Shown: piece after piece, positions 1 through 13,870 of the stretch
How the letters are laid out: every line of letters starts with the position of its first letter
Numbering within the stretch: the stretch's first letter is position 1
NCBI RefSeq assembly: GCF_006345805.1
Contig: NC_043006.1
Span: 65,534,001 to 65,598,000, forward strand
Source: Octopus sinensis
Taxonomy: Eukaryota
DNA length: 64,000 bases
Direction of reading: 5' to 3'
Position numbers and translations under genes: made by a program
The notes under the pieces: generated by a model
Databases searched by the model: none
The model's input: only the letters and a program-made list of their open reading frames with translations
Told to the model about the DNA's origin: nothing

Positions 1-3000
1 TGTGGTTGATTGAATCTATCACTGTGTTACATTATGTAAGGGCAAAGACTAACATTTTCACTCAACAGAAAGTTTTGATGTCTCCACTTTACTGATGTAC
101 ATACATGCAATGATATTATAGTGTGATAAAACATTGACAAAGAATAATTGTTTGACAGTTAGGGTTTTTTTATGTGCTTACAGCACTCTGCCAGATGGGG
201 AAAAGGATCCTCACATTGTACATAGGGTAATTGGAGGACATTTGTGGTGTTGATATTTGGAATTTACACTGGTCACTATCAAAGAAACTTGAAGCAGATC
301 CTTTTGGAATGCTTTCAGATGGAGCCATGTTGATCAATTGCAGAAGTTCTTGTCCTGGCGGTACCATCAAGGTTCCTGTTTATAACACATTGTACAAGTG
401 AAGTAGTCGGAAAAGCAGGATGTATCTGTAATATAGTGTGGCAAATAAAACGGTCCTTTACACTGACAGTACCCATCTGCAACTGCCTTCCCTGTCAACC
501 TACATCAGTTTGAAAACTGAATCTATTTGTCCATTAGTTTTATAGCCACACTTCTGACTCTGTCTTCCTTTAGCAAGATAGGTCAGGCAGTATTTTTGTG
601 TCATGTAACTGTGGCTCATGAGGTGGTATGGCAAATGATACTGGAAAGTTTGAGTTTGAATTTCATCCATTAAAGCAAATTTTTCATCTTCTTCCCATAT
701 CATTTGAAGGTGACAGGTGGAGAGAAACATTCCGATCTGCAGTAAATTTTAGGAAAGGGCAAATGAGAATTGCAAGTGCTATGTAGATGGATGGGTTGAC
801 TCCTGAGTTTCAAATATCAATTGGCAGTGGGGGAAAAGCGTTTACCTTTATATTGAAGTCTGTGTGGTTGTACAACATTTAGGATATCTTGTATTTATAT
901 CATAACAGAAGTTCGATTATAAACTCTCCAGACATTTACTTCCTATCCATGGAAAACCATTACAAAGGACTACTTGGATCTTCTCTTATCTGTGATATTA
1001 GAGCATGAACTTTCAAGATATATACCTATCTATGAAGAATTACTATTAACTTTTGCTTCCCTAATTTTCCTGTTTTTCTGCTTAATATTTATAGTCACTT
1101 ATGTATAACTATTTTATAAATGCTTTGATGCCATCAACAACCACCCGTCCATCTTATATTATTATAATTTTGCATTTGTAATTTTTATTATAACTTATGT
1201 AACAATCAGTCTTTTTGTTTTTGAAATGCCTGTTCTTTCAAAACCCTTATAGCATTAAAGAAATTTTTCACATTCTTGTTGAGTGTTTGACTATTGTTGA
1301 TTAGTAGAGTTATGTTGAACAGCTGTTCTCACATGTGGAATTAATCTGACTACTAACTGAATCCACCTTGAGGATTTTCTTACCTAGGAAGGGCAGGCAA
1401 TTTTCTTCTTTCTAATGGCCTTGGTAATTGTATACTGGACAAGATTGAAAAGACTGATTTCATTGTTTCCTCATATGTTTGACCCTCATCAATTACATCC
1501 TGCTTTTCCAGTCAATTACTACTAAATGAAGTTGATGAGAGTTTGGCTTTAGTGTAAAATTTGCAAGCCTTTCAACCACACACACACCATCATTTACCAT
1601 AGATATCACCAGAGAAAGAAAACTACCTGCTCTTCCTTACTGAAAGAAAATAGTTGGTTAATCTCAGAATCTATGTGACTGAGCACTACATCCAACCTAC
1701 CCAAATAACAGCTGCCTGACATAAGTCCACCATTTAGCAATGAATGGCCTCTGAACTGGTGCATACCAGATGGTTTAATCACACTGCACGAATGTTAGGC
1801 AGCTGTAGCACAGCCATAGAATTTATCTTGAATAGGTAAAACCCCCAACTCCAGCCTCAATCATAGCTACACCAGTTCTCTAACCATAGGGCCACACACC
1901 AATGCCTAACCGTGGACCATTTGCTATTGGGTCACATAGAAAGAATAAATTTTAAAATTTTATTTCTATTTCATTGACTATGATAGTCTGCAGGGTGTTT
2001 TTGCAATATATATAGTATTATGTATGTAATATATACATATTATATATTTAATAGTTAAATTGTGTATTATGCACTTTATTCTGTTTTGTTATGTGCGTAT
2101 TTCACTGGGAAAATTGTCTTGTATGAAACTGGTCACTGGTGCAACAGTTGCAATAAAAGACACAATTCAGGCTACCTTTATTGATTCCTGGCATTGTTCC
2201 CAGGTCATCATCTTTCATATTCTTCATTAACCCCTCTGTATAATGCAAAGATCTATATTCCACCAATTGTATTGTCCAGTGAATGGAGTGCAGGAATATT
2301 GCCTGATAACTTTCCAGATGATCTGTGCCTGACATTGAACTGTAGTTCAATCAAGCAGAAACATTGCAGAATGATTTGTTATAAAAACAACGACTACACT
2401 TGTACGTTAAGATCGGTGTCCAGGGATATTTGCAGATTTGTCTGCCTCAGTACTTGCTTGCACATCATCAGCCATAGCACCTTAAGGACTTCTTAGGCTG
2501 GGCATTTGCAGCAGATGGAACTTCTGACCAGTGTTCTTTTCTCAAAAGGTGAAAGAGCAAGTATTCCAATCTGTTCAGATGTTGGGAAAGGTGCCATGGT
2601 TAGGTTGTAGTATGTCACCTAACATGATTTAGAGCAAAAAAGGTTGTAGACAGAAAAAACTTTTGTGGTGCCTGTGAGGTGTATATCCTGTGAGTAATTT
2701 TGTAACTCAGACATGGGCAGCCTTTTTTTTTTTTAGAAGTGGGCCAGCCACACGAGATATCGCTTATCATTAGGTGTGCCACCCTGCTTAAAACATTCAA
2801 GATTATGCTTTTTGTTGGTATATCATTCAGAAAGTCTGCTCATAGTTAGGGTATTTGGGTCATGAGTTTGATTTCCAGTGGTGTATTGTGTTCTTGAGCA
2901 AGATACTTCATTTCACATTGCTCCAGTCCACTCAGCTGGCAGCAAAAATGAGTTGTACATGTATTTCAAAGGATCAGCCTTATCACATTCTGTATCACAC

Positions 3001-3924
3001 TGAATCTTCCTAAGAACTACGTTAAAGATAAACATGTCTTTGGAGATTCTCAGCCACTTGTATGTTGATTTCATGAGTAGACTATTCCATCGATCAGATC
3101 AACTGGAACCCAAGTTGCCTTAACTGAGGGAACACTTGTTATTAGCTTATGAAGCTGTGTGTGCATGCGTGTGTGTATGTGTGTGCAGCCTCTGATTTTG
3201 TAAGGTGCACTTTGTGGATATAGTTTGTCATTGTGTTTTGAGGTTTTAAATCTGGGTTAGTGGCAGTAGTTGATGATACCCAACTAAAAGTTGATCTATC
3301 AGTTCTGGTAGTTGGTGGTTATAAAATTGTAGAGATGGTAGCTTTTATTAAGAATAGTGTGTCCTGGTGATAGCTCTTGTGTTTGATAGTGTTGTTGTAG
3401 TGGTGGTGATATTTTTGTCAATGGTGGTGATTGTGTTTGAAAGTTACTGTTTGGGATCTAGTGGTGGCATTCATAGGTGCTGTAGAGGTGGGGTGGTAGC
3501 AGTAGGGATAATGATGGTAGTAGTAATAGTGGTGGTGGGGATGACTTGTGTTTGTAGTAGTAATAGTAGTAGTTGTGGTGATGATGAAAGATATTAGCTG
3601 TAATGAGTTGAATAGTTATGTTGCTGGTAGTCATGGTGATCTTGCAGGTGTTTTCTTGCTGGTTGTGATCATGGTTTTGCTAGCTGTTGTGTTGCATTCT
3701 GTTGCTAATCCCATTTGCTATGTAATCTTGCTAATCTGATCCACTGGCTCTGCTATGTTGCTAAGTTTCATTGTGTTGTGTTGCTAATTCTCTTGTTTGT
3801 TCGACTCCTTCTCTCTCACAATGTTGCTTTCATTCACATAGTATTTTCGTTGCTGGTTGCATTTGTTTTCTTTCTTTATTTACGTATAATCTGGTGCCTG
3901 AATATATCTGCCAGTGTAAGTATG

Positions 3925-4410
3925 TGTGTGGATGTATGTCTGCATGTGTTTGCATTTTTTTTTGCATGCGTGTATTTGTATGTGTATGAATGAATGTGTC
4001 TTTGTACGGATATGTGTATTTGTGCATGTATGCGTGTCTGCATTTTTTATGTATGTTCATATGTATGTGTGCATTTGTGTACACATGTGTATATTTGTGT
4101 GCAATTGTGTGTGTATGAATGCATATGTTTGTGTGTATGTGTCCATGTGTGTCTGCATCTTTTGTGTATGTCCATATGTATATGTGCGTTTGTGTACATG
4201 TGTATATTTCTGTGCATTTATGTGTGTGTACGAATGCATATGTTTGTGTGTATGTGTCCATGTGTGTCTGCACTTTTTTGTATATGTCTGTGTGTATGTT
4301 TGTACCTATATGTGTGTATGAATGCATGTGTGCGTCTGCGTGCATGTATGTTTGTATCTCTCTATATATGTGTGTGTGTATATGAATGCGTGTATGTATG
4401 TATGTGTAGT
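3925..4410. repeat. Degenerate (GT/AT) simple repeat with ~115-bp higher-order unit
   Basis: The block GAATGCATATGTTTGTGTGTATGTGTCCATGTGTGTCTGCA recurs at 4117 and 4232. Confidence 0.75.
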
Positions 4411-4959
4411 TAGGCTCATCTTTGTGTTTTAATCTGTTGACATACCAACTTAGATGCATTGATGAATCAATATACCACAAAGGAATCTCTGTCTGTCTCT
4501 CTGTCTATCGATGATGCTGACAGGAGTGCTGACGGCTGACAACAGCAGAGTAGTGAGGGTGCCGATATAGCAACGGTGACGGCAGCCGCAGCAGCAGTGG
4601 CGGCGGTGGTGGTGGCAGTGGCGGTGCTTAAGGGTGTCTGTAAAAATTGATTCTGTACCATGATTAATTCTCCGTAATTGTCTTCTTCGTTGGTTGAAGC
4701 TGGGTTGGGGTGTGGGTGACGGGAGAGGAGGGTTGTTTAAACACTTTATGTACTTACACTTGTCCTCCTCCTCCTCCTCATTACACACACACATTCTCTC
4801 TTCCTCTCTCTCTCTCTCTTTCTCCCTCCCTCACACATATAAAGTAGCATAAATCTTTCTTTTCATGTCATCATCATTCCCTGTTGCAATGCTGCTGCCA
4901 CTGTCCTCACTGGTACTCTTTCTTATTCAATGCTGGTGTATAGGAATTCTATTTTTCTT

Positions 4960-4963
4960 CATA

Positions 4964-4995
<32 letters not shown>

Positions 4996-5033
4996 TAATA
5001 TATATATATATTATATATATATATATATATAAT

Positions 5034-5083
<50 letters not shown>

Positions 5084-5146
5084 ATATATTATATATATAT
5101 ATATATTATATATATATATATATATAATATATATATATATATATAA

Positions 5147-5181
<35 letters not shown>

Positions 5182-5247
5182 TATATTCATATATATATAT
5201 ATTATATATATATATATATATATAATATATATATATATATTATATAT

Positions 5248-5289
<42 letters not shown>

Positions 5290-5416
5290 TATATATATAT
5301 TCATATTATATATATATTCATATATATATATTCATATATATATATATTCATATATTATATATATATATATATAATATATATATACATATTATATATATAT
5401 ATATATATATATAATA

Positions 5417-5454
<38 letters not shown>

Positions 5455-5470
5455 ATTATATATATATATA
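4960..5470. repeat. Long interrupted (TA)n microsatellite
   Basis: About 510 bp of almost pure A/T alternation with TAA/TTCA interruptions. Confidence 0.95.
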
Positions 5471-5544
5471 CACACAATATTTTATATATATATAATGTAT
5501 TATGAAACATATGTGTCTGAAATCATCATCATTATTATTATTGC

Positions 5545-5578
<34 letters not shown>

Positions 5579-6200
5579 GCTATTATTATTATTATTATTA
5601 TTATCATCAAGTTTGAGCATTTGTAAATGTAGTTTTGGAAAAAAAAAGTCAATGACCTTGTGTTCTTGAGTCACAAACATTCTTCCCGCCCCCACCTCCA
5701 TGCACATACACCTGCACACATACACATAACTATATATATATATATATTACTTTACATTTAACTTACATTGCTGATCGTACACGCAGTCTGCTATCAGCTG
5801 GAGATCACAATGATTTTGGCACCTTGCAATAGTATCACTCATTTTAGCATTGCCAAGTAGCATTGATGCAACCAGAGAATGTCTGGATTCTTTTGACACA
5901 TACTCCAGTGTAGTTTTTGCCCTCCCTTATCCATTAGGGCAACTTGCCTCTTCTTTTAGCTTCATCTTTTACTTGTTTCATTCATTAGACTGTGGCCATG
6001 CTGGGGCACTTCCTTGAAGAATTTTTGGTGAACAGATCACCCTTAGTACTTACATTTTTAAGTATGATTCTTATTCTGTCGGTCTCTTTTTCTGGACCAC
6101 TAAGTTACGGGGATGTAAATACACCAACACCACTTGTCAAGCACTTGGCCACTGTGGTGGAGGACAAACACAGGCATGAAGACATATGTTGATATGTATC

Positions 6201-6610
6201 TCTTTTACTCTTTTACTTGTTTCAGTCATTTGACTGCGACCATGCCGGAGCACTGCCTTTAGTTGAGCAAATCAACCCCAGGACTTATTCTTTGTAAGCC
6301 TAGTACTTATTCTATTGGTCTCTTTTGCTGAACCACTAAGTTAAAGGGATATAAACACACCAGCATCGGTTGTCAAGCGATGGTGAGGGGAACAAACACA
6401 GACACACACACATACACATATATATATATACACACACATATGTACAATAGGCTTCTTTCAGTTTCTGTTTCCCAAATCCACTCACAAGGCTTTGGTCAGC
6501 CCGAGGCTATAGTAGAAGACACTTGCCCACAGTGCCACCAAGTGGGACTGAACCCGGAACCATGTGGTTGGAAAGCAAGCTACTTAACACATACTGACTC
6601 CTGCACCTAT
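6201..6610 (-). mobile_element. SINE family A (tRNA-like head, CORE-like segment, microsatellite linker, AGTAAAAG tail), full length
   Basis: Same head (GGCTGTGTGGTAAGAAGCTTGCTTCCCAACCACATGGTTCCGGGTTCAGTCCC, A/B-box-like) and CCTTGGGCAAGTGTC segment recur in more than 20 copies in the window. Confidence 0.85.
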
Positions 6611-6782
6611 GTATGTATGTATGTATGTATGTATGTATGTATGTATGCATGTATGTATGTATATATGTATGTATGTATATACACACACACATACACATTG
6701 GGCTTCTTCAATTTCCATCTACCAAATCCACTTGCAAAGTCTTGGGTGGCCCAAGGCTACAGTAGAAGACACTTTCTTAAGG

Positions 6783-6952
6783 CAGTGCTTTTCAAACTTT
6801 TTGCTGAAGCGGAACCCCCAAGGAAACATTCCACTGGCTCGAGGAACCCCTGTGCAATAATTTAATTGTCTTATGCACAGGAGAATTAAAAATTACTGTC
6901 GATTTTAGCAATTTTGTAACTTCTTGCGGAACCCCTGGACTGTACTGTACTG
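6783..6952. mobile_element. Truncated hAT-type MITE nested in a family A SINE head
   Basis: Starts CAGTGCTTTTCAAAC and ends ACTG; 8-bp flanks TCTTAAGG/GCTTAAGG; the SINE sequence resumes after it. Confidence 0.6.
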
Positions 6953-7869
6953 GCTTAAGGTATCATGCAGTGGGACTGAACCTGAAACCATGTGGTCAGG
7001 ACCACACAGCCACATTTGTACCTATAATGTAATGATACCTACTGATTATTTATTCTTTCTTCCCTAATCCTATCTCCCCTTCACATGCTGTTATCATATC
7101 CATCATCACTTCATTCTTTAGTTCATTTAACATCCACTTTTCCATGCTTGCAGTGGGTCAGGCAGTATTTATTGAGGTAGATTTCTTAAGGCCAGATGCC
7201 CTTCCTGTTGCCAACTGCCACCTGTTTCCAAGAAAGGTAATATTTCACCATGAGCAGACATAGAAATTAGCAACATAGCTTATGTGACTGTGATACTTGT
7301 TTGCAATCATCACATATTTTTTATTGGCTGCTGTGAACATGACTGTTTCCATTAATCTCCCTTTTCTTTTAGAGGTGACCTCCAAAATCACTTTCCTAGT
7401 TGTATTGGAGCTGACCCTCAGGATGATCCTTCATTTCCAACACATATAGTATAGGGAACATTTGCTGTGCCCACTTCTAAATTGATCCAGGCAGTTATAT
7501 ACTCTTTGTTAAAGAATCGCATAGAAATCACATCAATACTTCAATATTTCTTGGATGCTTTTGGTACATGATACATCACAAGATGAGGACACATGCATGC
7601 ACACACATGCATACATGCACACACATGCATGCATGCACGCATGCATGTGCACATTCATAGACATGTGTGTGTGCTCAGACACACACAAACATACACTGGG
7701 CTTCTTTCAGTTTAAAATCCACTTACAAGACTTTGCTTGGCCTTGGGCTGTAGTAGAACACATGTGCCCAAAGGTGCCATTCAACAGGACTGAACTTGAG
7801 ATCACATGGTTAGGAAGCAAGTTTCTATATGACTCCAGCATGCTTGTGCCTCTGTTCCATGATAAAGCC

Positions 7870-8230
7870 TTTTCTGTTATGTTTCATTGTCCAGTCTATG
7901 AATTGCTGCCGTGGAGTTAGGCCATTCCATAAAATCAGATCTTTGATTTGTTATTGCCGCATGACTTGGAAGCATGAGTGTTTCCTTCAAATCAACAAGC
8001 AGCACCTTCCAGTCTGTTGCAACATTCATATGTCTTGGTCTTCCTTTATCCATGCCCCTGCTTTGTCATTTTTCACTCTCTTTATAGAAAGCATTAGGGT
8101 GCAACTTGTTGAATCTTCTTGCATTCAAGCTGCACATTCTTGCTGCATTCAAGCTGCACTGTAGTTTCCATTCATCTTCAAGGATAGACAAGAGTTGGTT
8201 CTGCTGCCAGACAATTTTTCCCAGGGTTGT
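7870..8230 (-). mobile_element. Relic of a restriction-like-endonuclease (RLE) LINE, HERO/NeSL-like C-terminal region
   Basis: Minus-strand translation gives LGKIVWQQNQLLSILED, AFYKESEK and ATDWKVLLVDLKETLMLPSHAAITNQRSDFMEW, resembling GRYxWRHxQVL, FVKEGEK and DWxLxVDL..FP.HI..T.LRPDIV.W from memory; frameshifted. Confidence 0.55.
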
Positions 8231-9270
8231 TGACCCTGTTGACACTGAAGTTACGTAAAAAGCACTAATGATGGTGCTGTATAATAAGTTTTCTACAGCA
8301 GGGTACCCTTCCTAATGCCAACTATCTTAGAGCATGTACTGCATGCTTTTTTCATGCCAGCTGGCACTAGAGTTCAACCTAACCCTCTGGCTCATCAGAT
8401 CCTGTCAAAACCCATCCAATCCATAGCATGGAAAACAAATGTTCAATGATGATGATGATCTCTCTCACAAACACACACACACACACACACAGAGTTCTGT
8501 ATCAAACATTTCAGAAATGCTGCTAATATGTAGGGTGGAACCATATCAGGAAGTGGTGGTCAAGCTCAACTGTTGGCTATAGGATATGGTGGACACAGGG
8601 TGGGGTGGGGATGGTGGAGGAGGTTAATACTGAAGGTAGCCATGATGTCTATTCTGGTGAGGAAGTATTGTGGACAGTTGGGCTATGGGGGTGGGTGGTA
8701 AGCATAGCTGATGGTATGAGGTCACATGGTTGTCACATGGTACTTTCTTGGGAGTGTTGAATCCCGGACACTGGGAGGTAGGAGTGCATAATGTGCATTT
8801 GGACATATTGGGTGGTAGACTATCTGATGGGAATAACGGCCAATTTAGGTCTGGCATATTGGACACTGTATGGGTATGGTGTAGTGTGCAATTAGTGAAT
8901 GTTGTTATTCATTATGTCATTATAAATATATGGAAGTCCAGTTCTTAAAAGTATGTTAAAGTGGCAAAAGAAAAAAAAACCTTCAATGGACTTTCTCTTT
9001 CATCATTGTCTGTCTGTCTATCTGTCTGTCTGTCTATTTGTCACTCTCTCTCTCTCTCACTTTGTGAGTCACAGTTTTACAAAAGACATACACTTATGCA
9101 TATATATATATATATATATATAACCTTATAAAAATATAATGTATATACCCTGTGCTACCTCACTCTCTGTATCACTCTCCCTGCCTCTCTGTCTCTTTCT
9201 CTCTCATGCACGAAAGCATAGTGTTACTCAAACACTTGTACAATCTCAGAGCTTGTGTGCTGACACAATG

Positions 9271-9304
<34 letters not shown>

Positions 9305-9580
9305 TCATATAGAAGCCTTCATCTGAAACACGCTGTCATAGTCACACATATAGTCACACATATCATAGTCACACACACGAACAAGTTTGTACCATATATA
9401 TATATACATATATATATATTTATATATATATAAGCTTATTAAAATGCTCCTACATGTATACAAGTATTCATACACATAACTACCATCTCATTTGTTTAAA
9501 CACCTACTCGCATACCCTAAACGCAAACATAGCAAAGCGCTCTCATACATCAGTGCTGCGCGCACGCACGCACACACGCA

Positions 9581-9622
<42 letters not shown>

Positions 9623-9818
9623 TGTTCTGTCACTATCTACACATACATATATACATTCCATCTTTTGTCTCACCACATAAACACATACACTTTCTCACTC
9701 TACTGCCACCTCTCTCTCTCCCTCCCTCCCTCTTGTTGTTCTCTTCCACTTCTTTCTCTCATACAAGATATAAATATGCAGTTTGAAGACTATCACTCCA
9801 TCATCACCTACCCCCTTT

Positions 9819-9890
<72 letters not shown>

Positions 9891-9899
9891 CTCTCTCTC

Positions 9900-9930
<31 letters not shown>

Positions 9931-11768
9931 TCTCTCCAATCAGTTTTAAAATAGATTCACTGTACTTCTCTCTCAATCATTTCTCCATATGTATAGCAGT
10001 GTTCCTTGTATTACAAATGGAGAAATTTATTAACATAGAAATAGATAAGTTAATTACAAATCTCTCTCTCTCTCTCTTTCTCTCTCCCACTCCCCTCTCA
10101 CACTTTCTCCCCAACTGTCTATTTCTCACTCTTTCCCTCTCACTCACTCTCATGGTTGGTTGGCAGAAGAAAAATTAATCATCTGTTTTTGTCCTTTGTT
10201 TCTCTACTGCCACTCCTCCCCCTTTTCACCACCACCACCACCATGATCCCATGACCTGAATCACCACCACTTCCTCCTTTTCCCTTCTCCCTTCACCACC
10301 ACCACCATCACTACCAACCACTATTGCAGCTATCATGATCCAGAACTTAAGTGACCAACCATTGTCACATACCAGTGAACCATCACACCCATAAGCAAGC
10401 TATATCCTTCTCACCACCACAATCATCATTACTACTACCACAACCACAGCCCAAACTATCACCACCTCTGCTGCTACCCTGACCAATCTATCACAACCAA
10501 AATACAACTGTCAACTACCACCAGTATTATCACCTCAGACTTCTACACCACCATCACCAGCTGTACTGTCACTAGGCCAGCAAGTAAGCTTCTATGTGGT
10601 TGTTTGACTAGCTAGAAGTAGCAGCCAAATCTTCTTCTGATTGTAGAATACTGTCTTAAAGATTAAAAAGAAAACATTGAATAATGCAGTCCAAGATATA
10701 CTAGGGGCAGGGGGAGGAGCACTGGATGGTCCCTGCTGGAATGCTTTTGACTATTGGTCTTCTCAATCTAGTCTGACCTGGAGCTAAAAACAACAGCAGC
10801 AACAACTTGTTCATAACCTTCCAACATGTTACTTCAGCCTATAGTACTACCACTACCACCATTGCCACCACCATCACCACCACTACCATGAACACTATTT
10901 TCTTTAATTGAACACTACACACACACACACACACAGGTGCAGAACTTATCTCCTACTCCTCTCATAAATTTTGATGGCCATAGAAAAATTGATGGAAAAA
11001 AAAGGGATATCTTTACACCTTAGTGTTTGCTGTTGCAGCTGAAAGTTTCTTATTTAGCCCCATCAATGTTAGCTCTGATTGTGTAGAGCCATGATCAGAG
11101 GCCTTCCAGCCATGACAATTCTGGGCTATTTTTTCTTTTGTATATCTAAGACTACATTCTCAAATATGTTCTCAAACATTTTCTATTCTTTCATCTACTC
11201 GATAAGCAATATTAAGCAAAATTTCCTATCTTTCTTGTGGCTTATACTGATTCAGAATTTTCAATAGCCCATACTGGTTCCATGTAAGAAGCACCCAGTA
11301 CACTCTGTAAAGTGGTTGGCGTAGAAATATTGCCAAAATGGATAATTGGGGCCTGATGAAGCGCTTTGGTTTGCCAGCTCCTGTCAAACTGTCCAACCCA
11401 TGCCAGCATGGAAAATAGACAGTCAGTAATGATGGTGATGACAATAAATAGGTAACCCCTACTTTAACAGAGAAGGAGCAGGCATATTGGTGGTTTAATG
11501 GGTGGTTGTTGTAGTTGAAGGAAGGTTTCCTGACTTTCAGAATACAGTTGAGAATATTGGTGAACATAGACACATAGAAGCTCACTTGCTGGCCTAGTGA
11601 CAGTACAGCTGGTTGCGTGGTAAGAATCTTGCTTTTCAACTAGATGGTTTTGGAGTTCAGTCCCATCGTGTGGCACTTGGGCAAGCGTCTTCTACTATAG
11701 CTTCAGGCTAACCAAAGCCTTGTGAGTGGATTTGGTAGATGGAAATTGATGTCTCCAATCATCTAGTA

Positions 11769-12393
11769 CAGTGTTTCTCAACCTTTTTACCCTTGCGTAA
11801 CCCTTAAAATAGATTGCATGTCTCAAGGAACCCCTACACCCAAAAAGTTATATACATATCTTTCATGTTTTTTCATCGTAGTTCACGTGGTAAATATCAT
11901 GTATATATATATATATACACACACACACACAATTTTATATCTATCTATCTATATGTGTGTGTGTGTGTGTGTAGATAATTATATTTCATTTTTGGATTTG
12001 GTTTGCAAGATTCTTTATGTGAGTTTGTGCGTTGAAGCATATTCTGTTGTGTCTGGGAAGAGTCATTCTCTTTTAATGCCTTATAATTTAACACACTCAC
12101 TTAGAAAAATAAAGAAGGAAATAAGTGGAAATTTTACTGGTGATTGTGTTAAATTATAAGGCACTAAAAGAAAATGACTCTCCTCAGACACAACAGTATA
12201 TAATTATAATAATTGTTTATTTGATAACCTAATAGGTTAGATAGGATGATGTTTATATTAAAATATTACAATAACCAATAATATGTTGTGCGTCTGTAGT
12301 AATATTACAATCATGAAATTAGTGTCAGCTTATCTCACTCTTTCTTGTGGAACCCCTAGGAACCTTCTGTGGAACCCTGGTTGAGAAACGCTG
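11769..12393. mobile_element. hAT/Charlie-type MITE carrying a nested foldback element
   Basis: TIRs CAGTGTTTCTCAACC / GGTTGAGAAACGCTG (14/15 match); 8-bp TSD ATCTAGTA/ACCTAGTA. Confidence 0.85.
12044..12196. repeat. Foldback inverted repeat, 57-bp arms
   Basis: 12044-12100 is the near-perfect reverse complement of 12140-12196; same family as 36983-37204. Confidence 0.85.
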
Positions 12394-12623
12394 ACCTAGT
12401 AGATCTTGCTACCAAATAAGACTGAACAGATGTGTCAGATATTGTACAACTTCTTCCTGGTCATGCCAACTGCTTTGTTGTTCCTCAAACTGTATATTCT
12501 TTTCCACTCTAGGTACAAGGCTTGAAATTTTTGGGTAGGGGTCCTGTTGATTTGATTAACCTCAGTACACAACCGGTACTTAATTTGTCACCTTGTCCAC
12601 TTCTGTTATTATATCACCAGTGT

Positions 12624-13067
12624 GTAAAACTTTAGTGGTTAAAGATCTTTGGCTTGCAATCATAAGATCTTAAGTTAGATTTCCAGTAGCATGTTGTGTC
12701 CTTGCACAAAGCACTTTATTTCACATTGCTCCTGTCTACTCAGCTGCCAAAAATGAGTTGTTCTAGTAATTCAAAGGGCCAACCTTGTCCCATTCTTGTC
12801 ACATTGAATCTTTCAGAGAACTACATTCAGGGTACATATGTCTGTGAGGTGCTCAGCAACTTGTGTGTTAATTTCATGAGCAAGTTGTTCTATCGGCTTG
12901 ATCAACTGGAACCCTCATTGCTGTAACTGACGGAGAGCCAGTTAACTACATTCAGGGTACATATGTCTGTGAGGTGCTCAGCAACTTGTGTGTTAATTTC
13001 ATGAGCAAGTTGTTCTATCGGCTTGATCAACTGGAACCCTCATTGCTGTAACTGACGGAGAGCCAGT
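12624..13067 (+). mobile_element. SINE family C with duplicated 3' 125 bp
   Basis: 12-bp TSD TATCACCAGTGT at 12612-12623 and 13068-13079; identical 125-bp units at 12819-12943 and 12944-13068. Confidence 0.85.
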
Positions 13068-13084
13068 TATCACCAGTGTTGATA

Positions 13085-13215
13085 TTCAGTTTGATTGTGA
13101 TTGATTTGTTGCCCCATTTCATAGGTAGTTGCTGGAATTGGCTTACTGAAAACTTCATTTAAATGCTCTTTCCAGCACATTGTTCGATCCTCCTTGTTTG
13201 TAAGCAGTTTACAGT
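13085..13215 (-). mobile_element. RTE LINE ORF fragment (between endonuclease and RT)
   Basis: LLTNKEDRTMCWKEHLNEVFSKPIP resembles the RTE motif LLT.KE.Q..RWKEHF.ELLNRP.P. Confidence 0.55.
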
Positions 13216-13659
13216 AACATAGGTAATAATCTGTCTGTCTGTCTTGCTTGGGAAAGTGATGTAATGGTAGGAAATCTATGAATCCGGTGGTAAATAAACA
13301 TAAAACCTTACTTGCTACAATGATCATAGAAACATACTTGGAATTGGAAAAACATCCAAATTTGTATTGAAATTGAACACAAAAGAACTTCAAAAAAAAA
13401 AAAAAGAAAGAAAGAAAGAAAAAATAGGAAAGAAATTAAAATAAAAGCAAAAGAAAAATAAATGCCATTTAAATCTAAATAATTGCATCAAATTTAACAT
13501 TTTCCCTTTCAAAAAAATCAAATCAATATATTTATGCCCGAAATGGGGGAATCAGCAGTGTGTTTGATTTCATTACATAAAACAAATTAAAACTATCACA
13601 AGTAACCCTTGTATGTTCTCCATCCTCACCATCATAGCTTTTTATCATCATCATGTGAC

Positions 13660-13870
13660 AAGCTGGCAGAATCATTAGTGCACTGGACGAAATGCTTTGT
13701 GGTATTTTGCCCGTCGCTACATTCTGTATTCAAATCCCGCTGAGGTTGACTTTGCCTTTCATCCTTTTGGTATTGATGAAATAAGTACCAGTTGAACACT
13801 GGGGTTGATGTAATTGTCTCGCCTCCCCTTCCCCTAAAATTTTTAAGGCCTTGTGCCAAGAGTAGAAACA
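13660..13870 (+). mobile_element. SINE family B (tRNA-like head with TTTGCCTTTCATCC..GGGGTCGATAAA..AAGTACCAG core)
   Basis: A-box-like TGGCAGAATC and B-box-like GAGTTCAAATTCC in the better-preserved copies; at least 10 copies (e.g. 14180, 15640, 35985, 38200, 40664, 63860). The core resembles the Meta/MESC SINE domain from memory. Confidence 0.8.

Noticed and set aside
184-250. TLPDGEKDPHIVHRVIGGH as an exon (SEC11-like IVHRV)
   Set aside because: Lies at the end of what looks like a degenerate repeat copy, stops after a few codons and has no partner exons.
3300-4800. Val/Cys/His/Thr-rich ORFs and the GC-rich GCA/GCG run at 4540-4630
   Set aside because: Translations of simple and trinucleotide repeats; the same applies to ORFs at 9.4-10.2, 17.5-18.4, 20.6-20.9, 32.7-33.1 and 42.6-42.9 kb.
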